A stretch of 63,675 nucleotides of DNA, filler included, from Octopus bimaculoides (Eukaryota): assembly GCF_001194135.2 (NCBI RefSeq). It is 4 parts of 3 records of this genome, joined end to end, with 100 filler letters (N's around TTAATTAATTAA, not from the genome) between each part and the next. Parts side by side here need not be neighbours in the genome. Positions count along the whole stretch, not along the records: positions 36,685 to 61,340 come from NC_068993.1; 3 more parts are not named here. One strand, written 5' to 3'. Shown here piece by piece: positions 38,090-50,098 of the stretch (position 1 is its first letter; each line of letters starts with the position of its first letter). A model generated the notes under the pieces. It was not told the origin of the DNA. It saw only the letters and a program-made list of their open reading frames with translations, and ran no database searches. The translations under genes and the position numbers were made by a program.

Positions 38090-38370
38090 CAACAGAGAAA
38101 TCATTTCATAATTACACCTCAACCTTCAAAAACAGTGAGAAATGGAGAGTAAGCTAGCATTCAACATCTCGTCATTGAAATTAGAAGACTACAAACTCTG
38201 AATTAGCTGGAGAACTGTCGAAAAGTGTAACTTTATATAAATGATAGAAAATGTAGCTTCTACATAACAGAAAAGCTAGACTAATTCTTAAAAAAATTCA
38301 CTGACACCGAGAATATATTTGAATGCCAAACCCAAATGTTCAATAGTTGTATCATGTTGATGAGTTTATT
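38090..38370 (+). pseudogene. Degraded PLE GIY-YIG C-terminal fragment
   Basis: HNYTSTFKN; SLKLEDYKL*ISWRTVEKC; RKCSFYITEKL in broken frames. Confidence 0.4.
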
Positions 38371-39129
38371 TTTGAAATTGGTCAGCTCTCCTTAAATGCA
38401 ATAATATATTCATCCAGATCTAAGCAATGAGAACTGAGATATAGATCTTCCATTTAAAAATTTTAGAAAAATATTATTAATTTATTACTGACTTTCCTTC
38501 AGTTCACTAATTTGTCTTTCTTTTTTATCTTCTTTTCTCTAGTACGTGTTACCACCATTGGACTATGGCTGCATTGGAACACTGCCTTGAAGGGTTTAAT
38601 CAAACAAACCAATTCTAGGACTGATTTTTTGAAGTCTGGTACTTATTTGACGGGTCTCCTCTGCAAAATTGCTAAGTCACAGGAGTATAAACAAACCAGC
38701 ACCAGCTGTCAAGGGATGAGTAGGGACAAGTACACATACACACACACATATATACACCTCAGACTTCTACATAGCTTCCATCAACTAAATTCACTCACAA
38801 GGATTTGGTCAACCCTGACTAGTGAAGACACTTACCCAAGGGGCCACACAGTGGGGCTGAATCAAAAATTATGTATATTGCAAAATGAGCTTCTCTCTTA
38901 ACTTTCAATTCATCAGTTTCTGAGCTAAGTGCATTCTTGCTTAGAAAGTGGAGGCTGTAGTGAAATGTGCATACTGAATAACTCTTCTTTTTAATTTTGA
39001 ACTGATGAGTACTACTGAAATCTCTAATGTAAAACCCAAACTATACCTAATTTGAAGCTGATCTCTTCAATTTATTGGCTGACACCCTCCTACACACAGA
39101 CTTCACAGTCCAGAAATAGATCTAGAAGA

Positions 39130-39500
39130 ATTATGTAACTACTCACCCTCGTCTTTTCCATTACTGTCATGACTACAATAGGTTAGAAATTCCTGGCCCT
39201 TCTAGATAAGCATTGTAAGGTAGATCATAGATATAGGAAGATTTTCAACAGTGATTGCATCAAAATTAGCTGCAGCTATTCATCTAACATGAAAACACTT
39301 ATCAGTAGCAAGCCATCCAAACATGATATTCCAGGTTGTTATGTTAGAAGACCAAAAGATGCTATTTAAAACAGGCATGTAATGTGGAATCAGCCACATA
39401 TGAAACTGAAATTACCTGAATGATACTGTGAAGAAGCAACTATGCATTTGCATCGCTGAAGGTAAATTCAAGTAAAGATTTTATAATCACAGGAACAATG
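39130..39500 (+). pseudogene. Penelope-like remnant (RT-EN linker to GIY-YIG)
   Basis: FSITVMTTIG*KFLALLDKHCKVDHRYRKIFNSDCIKISCSYSSNMKTLIS and IAEGKFK*RFYNHR. Confidence 0.75.
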
Positions 39501-39670
39501 AGTTTTTCAGAAACAATGAAGTCTTTCAGGAACAATGAAGTCTTTCAGGAACAATGAAGTCTTTCAGGAACAATGAGTCTTTCAGGAACAATGAAGTCTT
39601 TTAGGAACAATGAAGTCTTTCAGGAATAATGAAACCTTTCAAGAACAATGAAGTCTTTCAGGAACAATGA
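39490..39670. repeat. 19-bp tandem repeat (GGAACAATGAAGTCTTTCA)n, ~9 copies
   Basis: Direct inspection. Confidence 0.9.
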
Positions 39671-39835
39671 CTGACAGACTGCCATCCAACAAGTCAACAT
39701 ATTTTGAGACCAGGAGCACTCCATGCAAATAACGATATAAGATGTGAAATTCTTGAAAAATTCAGATAGAATATCAATTTAGCAAATAAATTTTAGCTTT
39801 ATACAGCAGAAAAGTCATATATATTTAACAAAGTG

Positions 39836-40849
39836 GGATCTATTCCATCTCAATCACAGATTAAAAAATTTTTTTTTTTTTAATAAACAGTTTGGAACTT
39901 CGAATACTTGTAGAATTTCTCATGTAGGACATGGTTTACTCTGAACATTTTTGACAAAATTTCGTATTTTATTAGTTATTTCGTGTTAAAGTTGTCGTAT
40001 TTGGGTAATTTCAACCAATCAATGATGTGTATTCGGTTGAAGAAAGCTACTACTGTTTGCAACAGTAATCAAAGAGGAACAACTTCCAGGTCATCTCTAC
40101 TAAATGTCACCACTCTGTTCTATTTGTATGGCATGCGAAGATGATGCTACGTTTATACTTTCTTCCTTCCTAGTCAGCACCATGCATTCCTTACTCTTTC
40201 CCTCTCTTCTACACTATCAAGTATCAACCAGTGAGCGAACTTGTCCTTGCCACTACAATTACCATATTTTCCAGTGTATAAGCCACTAATTGTTTTGTTT
40301 TACCTTCATGTGTTGATAATGTTATTTTTTATCTAATAAAGACTTTTATGTTGATGAAATATGTTTGTTGTGGATTATAGTAAGATAAAATCATGACAAT
40401 AACAATACATCTCATAGTTGTAAAATAAGGCATTTTGAAACTACATATACGTCAACAACAAAAAAGCTAGCTGTGAACTCGTTGCTCTATAGGTCTTTTA
40501 AATACTGGTATGCTTTACGTGTGGATAAAACAGCGATGTCGGCAAACGAATAAATATATGTAAATAATATTTCTTCCTTCTAAGTGTTAATTCTTTGAAC
40601 AGAGTGGTGATATTTAGTAGAGATGACCCAGAAGTTGTTCCTCTTCAACCGAATATACATCGTTGATTGGTTGAAATTACCCAAATACGACAACTTTAAC
40701 ATGAAATAACTTCTAAAATACGAAATTTTGTCAAAAATGTTTAGAGTAAACCATGTTCTATGTGAGAAATTCTACCAGTATTCGAAGTTTTAAAGTGTTT
40801 AGTTAAAAAAAATTAATTAAAAAATATGTGATTGAGTTGGAATAGATTC
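39836..40849. mobile_element. Non-autonomous DNA transposon with ~210-bp TIRs
   Basis: 39836-~40050 is the reverse complement of ~40640-40849; exact 8-bp TSD ACAAAGTG (39828-39835, 40850-40857); TIR begins GG. Confidence 0.85.
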
Positions 40850-41248
40850 ACAAAGTGAAAACACTAGCAACTGCTTAAACATAAGAGGTGATTTCTTTTA
40901 CTAGATGTCCCCATGTTAATAAATACATATTTGCCTATTAGAAAATTCTTCCTACTCACCCTAACACAGCACACTTGACAATCTCTACTCTAAATACAAT
41001 TTTTATTTAGCGATCACAGTAATTCATAATTAGATAAGGACTTAATGTTAAAAACAGAGTAAGGTATATTTTGTTGTTTTCTTACAACAAAACCAGATGT
41101 TCCAACTCTTGTTTCTGACTATTCTCATGAAGGATGTAGACAATCTGAAAGAGAAATACTATTGAATTAGTAGTACAATCTGTCATTTAAAGTTTGACAT
41201 GTGTACAACTGTTGCTATTCCTATTGTTGCTCATGTTATTGTCATTTA

Positions 41249-41624
41249 GTGGAGGTGCAATGGCCCAGTGGTTAGGGCAGCGGACTCGCGGTCATAGGAT
41301 CGCGGTTTCGATTCCCAGACCGGGCGTTGTGAGTGTTTATTGAGCGAAAACACTTAAAGCTCCACGAGGCTCCGGCAAGGGATGGTGGCGAACCCTGCTG
41401 TACTCTTTCACCACAACTTTCTCTCATTCTTTCTTCCTGTTTCTGTTGTACCTGTATTTCAAAGGGCCAGCCTTGTCACACTGTGTCACATTGAATATCC
41501 CCGAGAACTACGTTAAGGGTACACGTGTCTGTGAAATGCTCAGCCACTTGCACGTTAATTTCATGAGCAGGCTGTTCTGCTGATCGGATCAACTGGAACC
41601 CTCGACGTCGTGCCAACACATGAA
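41249..41624 (+). mobile_element. tRNA-derived SINE (distinct head, family-C-like tail) with 12-bp TSD
   Basis: Box A TGGCCCAGTGG, box B GGTTTCGATTCC; TATTGTCATTTA at 41237-41248 and 41625-41636. Confidence 0.9.
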
Positions 41625-42411
41625 TATTGTCATTTAACCCCAGTTCAGCTATGACTGAGTAGACTTCTGATTATCCCCGATATTACATATCTGAGACTAC
41701 ATTATCTGTTGTGTCTCTCCATTTCCAAAACTTCATTATTTTTTCTTTATTTCTGTTCCATGCACATCATACCATTTCTGTTCAGTTCCAGTACCAGGTC
41801 AGTCTTTCTATGAGAAGACATTCATATTAATAGAGAGGGATGCTGTGAGCACCATCACCCCCTCTGATCCTTCTCACAGCACAAAGCAGCTGATTCTGAG
41901 AGGGGAAAAGTAAAGAGAGAGGAGGGAGACAATGGAAAAAGAGAGAGAGGTGGGACTAGGAAGGGAGGAGAGAGGGAGAGAGAGGAGAAAGAATGAAGAA
42001 TTGACTTTAGTACTTGATTCTAGCACTCTACCAATCCAAGAAAGATGAAAAGCAAAATTGATATTGATGGGATACGGAACTCCAAGTGCAGAAAACCACA
42101 ACGAATATCACAAGATATTTTTGTCAACACTAATAACTCTGTTAGTTTTCTGCTTTAGATAATAACGTGTCATTTTGATGAAGGAGTCATTGTTATTTCT
42201 AGTTCGTCAAGTGACCACTTAGAAGTTTCACCCTGGTTGTTCTATAAAATGTTTCAAGGAAGGGAAATAGCCAATAAAACAGACGGAAACTAGTTTATTT
42301 GTGTTGTTCCTAATAATTTCTGGGAGAACTTGGTTCTTAGCAGGTCCAATCATGTTTTTTGAGTACATGAAACAAAACAATATCCTCATTAAAACACACA
42401 CATGTATGTTT

Positions 42412-42451
<40 letters not shown>

Positions 42452-43149
42452 CGTGCGTGTGTGTGTGTGTGTGTATATATATATATGTATATGTGTGTGT
42501 GTTTGTGTATCTGTTTGTCCCCCCCAGCATCGCTTGACAACTGATGCTGGTGCGTTTACGTCCCTGTAATTTAGCCGTTTGGCAAAAGAGACTGATAGAA
42601 TAAGTAACTAGGCTTACAAAGAATAAGCTCTGGGGTCGATTTGCTCGACTATAAAGGCGGTGCTCCAGCATGGCCACTGTCAAATGACTGAAACAAGTAA
42701 AAGAGTAAAGGGTATATATATATATATATATATATAGAAAGAGAGAGAGAGATGTATATATCATCATCATTTAGCTTCTGTTTTCCAGGCTGGCATGGAT
42801 TAGATGGTTTGACTGGAACTGGTAAGCTGCACCAGGCTTCAGTCTGTTTTGGCTTGGTTTCTACAGTTGGATGTCACCAACATGAGTACCTTTTATGTGT
42901 CACTGGCACAGATATTTCATGTGTCACCAGTACTAGCCACGACTATGATTTCACTTAGTTTGATGTGTCTTCACAAGCACAGTAAATTGTCAAATGTCTC
43001 AATCACTTGTCATTACCTCTATTTGACTCAATATCTGAAGATCATATTTCACCAATATAATCCTATGTCTTCCAGGGTCTACCTCTTCCACAGATTCCCT
43101 CCACAGTTAGAGATCAGCACTTCTTTATGCAGCTGTCCTCCTCCTCCTT

Positions 43150-43812
43150 ATCATCATCGTTTAACGTCCGCTTTCCATGCTAGCATGGGTTGGACGATTT
43201 GACTGAGGACTGGCAAGCCAGAAGGCTGCACCAGGCTCCAATCTGATCTGGCAGAGTTTCTACAATTGGATGCCCTTCCTAATGCCAACCACTCCGAAAG
43301 TGTAGTGGGTGCTTTTACGTGCCAGTCACACGGTACTGGCAACGGCCGTGCTCAAAAAGGTGTTTTTTACGTGCCACCTGCATGGGAGCCAGTCCAGCAG
43401 CACTGGCAATGACCTCGCTCGAATGATTTTCTAACGTGCCACCAGCACAAGTGCTACAAGGCAACGCTGGTAACAATTACGCTCTAATGGTGCTATTTAC
43501 GGGCCTCTAGCACGGAAGCCAGACAGCTGTTCTGCCAATGAACACGCTCGACAGTGCTGTTAGTGCTCCACTCGCACAGTGACCAGTCAGCCATACTAGT
43601 ACAGTCTTCTCTCTTGCACACTATATCTGATGCCCCTTGTACCTAATTTTTCTCTTAAGACACTTATACTCCGTTGTACATGCACACTGTCATTGTACAT
43701 CCATCAGAGCATACTAGCTTTGTTTCTTTCAAACCTTTGCTTATTGTCTCCAGTCGTAGCCCATGTTTCACTGCCATCTAGCATGGCTGTTCACACATAG
43801 GCATCATCATAT
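43150..43812 (-). mobile_element. RTE LINE fragment: RT C-terminal remnant, 3' UTR tandem units and (GAT)n tail
   Basis: TAMLDGSETWATTGDNKQRFERNKASML*WM...SVLREKLGTRGIRYSVQERRL at 43575-43812. Confidence 0.85.
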
Positions 43813-44173
43813 TTTTTAGTCAAACTTCTGCTTTACAAGTGTGACATGTTTGTGTTATACATTTTGCTTTTCTTCTTTTCTTTCTTTATTTCTTAAATGT
43901 TAGGCATATTTGTAGCAATCAGTGATATTGCTATGGTGTGCAACTCTGTGCAGCTCTTGAGTATGCAGCCCCACCAGGCCTCCAAGCCTAAAAAGGCTTA
44001 TACAGCAGATCTCAATGTGCCACCTTACTGCCTCATCAGCCGTAGAAACCAAGTAAAGCAGACTGGAGCCTGGTACAGCTCTCCAGCATACCAGTTCCAG
44101 TCAAACCGTCTGACCCATGCCAGCATGGAAAACGGATGCTAAATGATGATGACTATGCGTGTGATTGTGTGAT

Positions 44174-44370
44174 CATCATCATCATCATCATCATCGTTTA
44201 ACGTCCGCTTTCCATGCTAGCATGGGTTGGACGATTTGACTGAGGACTGGTGAAACCGGATGGCTACACCAGGCTCCAATCTAATTTGGCAGAGTTTCTA
44301 CAGCTGGATGCCCTTCCTAACGCCAACCACTCAGAGAGTGTAGTGGGTACCTTTTACATTTCACTAGCTC
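44174..44370 (-). mobile_element. Short RTE-tail insertion with 6-bp TSD TGTGAT
   Basis: TGTGAT at 44168-44173 and 44371-44376; absent from the paralogous site near 45415. Confidence 0.75.
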
Positions 44371-45049
44371 TGTGATATATATATATATATATATATCAAA
44401 AGGATGTGTTATAACACTATTCCACATATATAAAAACAGTCATACCAACAATCCAACATGCTGTATGTAATACAGCATTTTGCTTTTCTTATTTTCTCAT
44501 TTCTTCAATACTGAGTAAACTTTTAGTTTCTGTCTATACAAATCCCATTCAACTGGCCCTTCACCACAACTACTCACCCAATATCTTAACCATTTAGATA
44601 CAATTTAAAATGATATGATAGAAGACATACAAATAAAAACCAAAATTAGAAAAGACTATCACAGAAGAGTCAGCAAATATTGGTTACAAATTTTGGCACA
44701 AGGACTGCAATTCCGGGGTTGGCGATAAGCTGAATACATGGACCCCAGTGCTCAACTAGTATCTATTTTATCAACCTCAAAAAGGATGAAAGGTAAATTT
44801 GAACCCAGAACATAAAACAGAAGAGAGGCGGCAGAAACAAGGCCTGCCCTGGGTAGCATACACTCTATTCCCCTGCAAGGTTACCATGGCATCACTGAAG
44901 GATGCTCTGAAGGTCTCCATTTGTTGAAGTAAAGCAGGTTTGGCATGTGAGTGATACATGGTTGGGGTAATTGAGGAAGGAATGAATGTGGTGTTTGTCA
45001 TCGGCAAAAGAGTGGGTGTTATTGGATGCAGTGACAAGTCGGTCATTAA

Positions 45050-45400
45050 TGTCCAAAGGAATGACCTAGAAAGGCATGGGACAAGGTAGTAAAATATGTG
45101 AAGTATGATCTTTGGATGTTGAGTCTCATGGAGGAGATGACAAATGACCGAGACTTTGGAGATTTACTGTACTTGAGAAGAGGACATGTCAAGCCAAATG
45201 AAATTGTAGTTGTGGCCAGAGCTAGTGAAATGTAAAAGGTACCCACAACACTCTATGGAGTGGTTGGCGTTAGGAAAGGCATCTAGCCGTAGAAACCAAG
45301 TAAAGCAGACTGGAGCCTGGTACAGCTCTCCAGCATACCAGTTCCAGTCAAACCGTCTGACCCATGCCAGCATGGAAAACGGGTGCTAAATAATGATGAC
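45050..45400 (+). mobile_element. Degraded RTE LINE ORF end and 3' UTR
   Basis: PRKAWDKVV...YDLWMLSLMEEMTNDRD followed by the RTE 3' tail. Confidence 0.7.
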
Positions 45401-46739
45401 TATGCGTGTGATTGTGTAATATATATATATATATATATATATATATCAAAAGGATGTGTTATAACACTATTCCACATATATAAAAACAACCATACCAACA
45501 ATCCAACATACCTCAGTCATCAGCTTCCAAATGGAAGTACCAAGGACAGTACCATTCAATCCGGCGGTGTCAACAGCACTAAAAGTAGTGTTGTTTGAGA
45601 ACAAACATACCAAAAAAAAACAAAAAAAGCACAACTTTCAAACACATTTACCTATGTACAACAGTATTCAATATAAATATAGATAGGATTAAACACTAAC
45701 TTTAAAATTAAACTACAAGAAACACGTAAATCAATGTGCATCTGTATCGGTATTAATAGTAACCCTACAATAACTAAATTATATACTAAATAGTGACCAA
45801 TCTTTAAGTCCATACAAATAATAATCCCACCATTGTTACAACTATAATAAAAGATGTGAAAGCTTTGTTTCAATTCTCTCCAAAACAAAACATGATTGAA
45901 CTAAATTTAACGAATAATATATACATATATAAAACTTAGTGGTTCAGAAAAAAAGAGACCAATAGAATAAGTACTAGGCTTAAAAAAGAAATAAGCATTG
46001 GGGTCGATTTGCTCAACTAAACTGCTCAAGGTGGTGTTGCAATATGACCACAGTCGAATGAGTGAAACAAGTAAAAGAATAAAATAAAAGAATATGTTTA
46101 TATAGATATGCATATAAAATGTTATACATATATATTATATGTATATATAATGTATGATACATGTATATATGTATACGTGTGTGTGTGCAGTTTTGGTTAG
46201 GTGTTGGCATAGCTGTGTGGTGAAGTAGCTTGTTTTGCAACCAAACAGTTTTGGGTTCAATCCCACAACATGGCAACTTGGGCAAGTGTCTTCTACTACA
46301 GCCCCAGACTGGCCAATGTCTTGTGAATGAAGGTGATAAACGGAAACTGTGTGGAAACCCAACATGTGTGTGTCTTTGATCTTAACTCCCCCTCAATTGC
46401 CTGACAATCAGCGCTGGTTTGTTTACGTCCCTGTAACTTGACAGTTCAGCAAAAGAGGACCACAGAATAAATTGCAAGATTTTTTTTAAATAGGTTCGAC
46501 TAAACCCTTCAAAGTAGTGCCCCAGCATAGCTGCAGTCCAATGACTGAAATAAGTAGAAAATACATATAATGTACATAAATATGTATGTATAGTACTCAC
46601 ATAAAAACATATATAAGATATATATTGGAAAGTACATAATCTTAATGAAAGTCACTGAGAACTGAGTTGACGATCCATGATGAAACAGTAATAGTTTGGC
46701 TCCTTCCCCAGTTTCTATTTCCGGCTAAAACTGTGCTTA

Positions 46740-47100
46740 GTCAATGTTTAACCAATCAATGGCTCGACGTTAACAATTAGACAGACTTATTCTGCTATTG
46801 TTTTATACATTTCTCTTTGATATCGTTATTATTCTTTTTTTGTTTGTATGTGTGTGATGATGATGATGACGATGGTAATGTTAATAGTGTTGATGTTAGT
46901 ACTATCTGTCAGTTAATTCTAAATTAATATTGCACGAATATTCGAGTACTGTTCAATTAATGAGAGACGTCGTGTGGGGTGGGGTGGTCAGAAAGAGAGT
47001 GAGAGAGTGAGTCGTGCAGGTGAGTGCAGGATAGGTACCTGTCTCTATAACGGTTCAGCTCGTTCAGGATTTAGAAAAGAAAAAAAAAAAAACTTTTAAG
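46740..47100 (+). promoter_or_regulatory. Putative promoter upstream of the 47193 exon
   Basis: Repeat-free, CpG-richer stretch with AACCAATCA (CCAAT at 46752) and TATAA at 47046, followed ~25 nt later by TTCAG. Motif-level inference only. Confidence 0.3.
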
Positions 47101-47192
47101 GATTGAAGCTGCTTATTTGATGAAAGTGCTGTTTGAATCTCCCAACCTACAACGTTCTCTGCTTTATGTCTTTTTCTTTCTGGCATTGAATT

Positions 47193-48115
47193 ATGACTTC
47201 AAATCCTAAATCGCGAGGAATAAATGCAAAACAGAACCCAATTGACAGATTGACCGAAATTCTGATACGAAAGCAACTGGAACAGGTTGACAAAGTACAG
47301 CAAAAAAATTGCACTGTAGAAATCACAAGCAGGAAAGTAAATAACAAGCCAACGTTCGGTTGTAGAAATAATCAAACCAGTAAATCTTACTCAAGATTGC
47401 TGGGTGGTAGCAGCATTTGTTTCATAGACGAGAACAACAAAAACGAACATTTAAAAGTTGCTTTATCAAATGACTTCAACATGTACAACATGAAAATGGA
47501 CTACAGAGGTGACATGGAGAGATTGAAGACGAATGTTATATCAACAAATGATAGTCGTAAGGTGACAGAATTCAGGCGAACTTCAAAGAACTTAGTTAAA
47601 CGTAGGTACCATGATAAGAACCTACAAAGAAATATGACTTTTATAAACAGTAGTTCGTTATGTAAGGATGATACGACTTTAACAGATGATTTGAAAGTAA
47701 CGAAAGTTAATTTGGTACGGAGTAGAACTGAACTGCAAATGAAAGGGAATGATGATAATAACTACAATAACAATACCAACAATAACACCAGCAACAACAT
47801 TAGTAGTATCAACAGCAACAGCTTCTCACAACCATCTTGTGGAGAGGTCAAAACTTCTATCAAGCAGAGCCCGCGTCAACAGAACCATTGTTTGAGGTCT
47901 AAAGTTCTTAGTAACCTACAGCTACCCAGAAAGACAACGAGGTTTGGTGACACATCTGAATTCCACTACTGTCCAAAGTACTGGAGTTACGATATAAATG
48001 GATGTTTCGCGAATCTATCTTTAAGCAAAAGACCGGCTAATAATTATGAATCAACAGTCAGATATTTTTGTAAATCTCTTAAGAAAATCCTCCGAGAATC
48101 GACGATGGACAGAAG
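47193..48115 (+). CDS. Large putative first coding exon of an unidentified protein (low complexity, Asn/Ser/Lys-rich N-terminus)
   Basis: 308-codon stop-free frame in AT-rich unique DNA. The stop lies inside a donor site (AGA AG|GTAAAA), so the exon probably ends at 48115 in phase 2. Confidence 0.7.
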
Positions 48116-48783
48116 GTAAAACACCAGGAAAAGAGTGGAAGATCTTAAAGTTTAAGTTTTGGTTGTAAAACCTAAAACAAAGAAGAAAAAAAACCAAAAA
48201 GAATCTTTTTTTTTATGTAGTCAAACGGATGACAACTAGAACATGATACTATATATATCATTAAAATGTTTTTCTTGTGCCGTACTTTCCTAACAAGAAA
48301 TATATTCTGAAACTTTCGTGTGTTGAAGCTAATAGTTTCATTAGGAGTCATGCTGGCCGTCTAGAAGAACATCAACTGTTGCATTCAGTTTTGTTTGATT
48401 ATATATATANNNNNNNNNNNNNNNNNNNNNNNNNNNNNNNNNNNNNNNNNNNNNNNNNNNNNNNNNNNNNNNNNNNNNNNNNNNNNNNNNNNNNNNNNNN
48501 NNNNNNNNNNNNNNNNNNNNNNNNNNNNNNNNNNNNNNNNNNNNNNNNNNNNNNNNNNNNNNNNNNNNNNNNNNNNNNNNNNNNNNNNNNNNNNNNNNNN
48601 NNNNNNNNNNNNNNNNNNNNNNNNNNNNNNNNNNNNNNNNNNNNNNNNNNNNNNNNNNNNNNNNNNNNNNNNNNTTTTCTGGGACAATTGCTGTACGGTA
48701 GTGGTGCACATTTTATAAGGAGTATAATTAGTTTCCACTGGAAAAAAAAAAACAACCTAACAACGGGAACTGTACACATTCAG

Positions 48784-48918
48784 GTTAAGGCTAACTGAAA
48801 CTAGTTCTGGATCATTTCAAGCAACTTGGGATTGGCTTAAAAGAACAACAGCTACAACAATGAATGACAAAACCTTTGAATTTTCAGTTTTAATCCCAAA
48901 CTGGAGAGGAAATTTCCT
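48784..48918 (+). CDS. Internal coding exon (RLRLTETSSGSFQATWDWLKRTTATTMNDKTFEFSVLIPNWRGNFL)
   Basis: CATTCAG| acceptor, CT|GTAAGT donor, 135 nt, open in the phase-2 frame that matches the 48115 donor. Confidence 0.65.
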
Positions 48919-49486
48919 GTAAGTTAAAAATATTTAATTTTTCTCAAACATTTTATACCCATGTTAGTATGTGTGTTGCTGTGGTGGTGGGTGTCCTTGT
49001 GTGTCCGCAAAACAGTCTGAATTCTCAGTTGATGCAAGTCATGGCTATGTAGCTAAGAAATTTGGTTTTCAACACGATTCCGAGTTCTATCGCATGTGCA
49101 GTACCTTGGACAAGTAGCTTATTCAGTAATCTTCAAGTTTAGGGGGGGGGGGTAAAAAAAAATATTCTAGGGAAGTAACTGAACGTCTTACCAGTATTCT
49201 CCGTACTGTTCTGTTTATAAATAAATCACACGTGATTTGATTGACGTTAACTGTTTATATATAAATCCCACAAGGCGATCTTTCGATACTAGTCCACCAC
49301 AACTTACATGATCGTATAGTGTGTTTAAAGTTTCAGTTCGGATGGCACCTTACTCACTCGCACCTTGGCCGCAGTACGAAGGCAAGAGCACCCATTCCTC
49401 TGTCTTTATTGCTTCTGTGGAGTGCTTTATTGCTTCCTCCTCCGTTGTGAAGCGCACCTCCACAGTGGCGTATCTCCTTCCTATAC

Positions 49487-49628
49487 TGATTACATGATCG
49501 TATAGTGTGTTTAAAGTTTGAGAACTGTATGCATCTGAGGGGGAGAAGGCTTGAGTTTCTATTTAATGTTGTCTTTTCATATTTTCAAGTCATTTAAAAA
49601 CAAACACACTATACGATCATATAATCAA
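49487..49628. mobile_element. Small MITE (TIR TGATTACATGATCGTATAGTGTGTTT) with an extra solo end near 49303
   Basis: Inverted copies at 49487 and ~49600-49628; direct copy ACATGATCGTATAGTGTGTTTAAAGTTT near 49307. Confidence 0.6.
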
Positions 49629-49651
49629 GCTTAGTGGTTAGAGGGTTGACC

Positions 49652-50098
49652 CGTACTCATGAAGAAGAGTGGACCCGCGCTAGTCATTAAGAAAGTGAAA
49701 ATAAAACAATTTTTAAATTGAAATAAAGTGTTATTCAGTTTGCTATAATTCGATTTATTGTTATTTAAAGTGTTTTATGATAGTTTGCCATACATTCAGA
49801 GTTTTGATGCATATTCATTTCTAAAGGAGAAGAAAATGTTGAATTATATAAAAGCAGATTCAAGAGGTTGATGGGAGTACAAACAAATATGATTGAATCC
49901 CATCTAGATGAGTTTCTTTGGGGGAAAAATATGGGAAAACCGGGGATGAATGTTTTCAGAACATTCTAAAACATCTTTCGGAATGGTTTACTTTTGAATA
50001 ACATTTTATTTCAATTTGAAAATTTGTTTTATTTTCACTTTTCTTAATGACTAGCGCAGATCCACTCTTCATAAGTACCTGTTGGGTACTTTAGTACC
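49652..50098 (+). mobile_element. Merlin DNA transposon derivative retaining the transposase C-terminus
   Basis: ~85-bp TIRs (GGTACTTATGAAGAGTGG type); 8-bp TSD GGTTGACC (49644-49651, 50099-50106); RFKRLMGVQTNMIESHLDEFLW / YGKTGDECFQNILKHLSEWF at 49856-50001. Confidence 0.8.

Noticed and set aside
39003-39025. CTGATGAGTACTACTGAAA
   Set aside because: No viable stem II or flanking stems.
39490-39670. CRISPR-like array (also 20590-20950, 54590-55100)
   Set aside because: Head-to-tail units without unique spacers, in a eukaryotic context.
41251-41330. tRNA gene
   Set aside because: Box A/B are present but it continues into a SINE body with TSD; this is a SINE head, as are the other tRNA-like segments.
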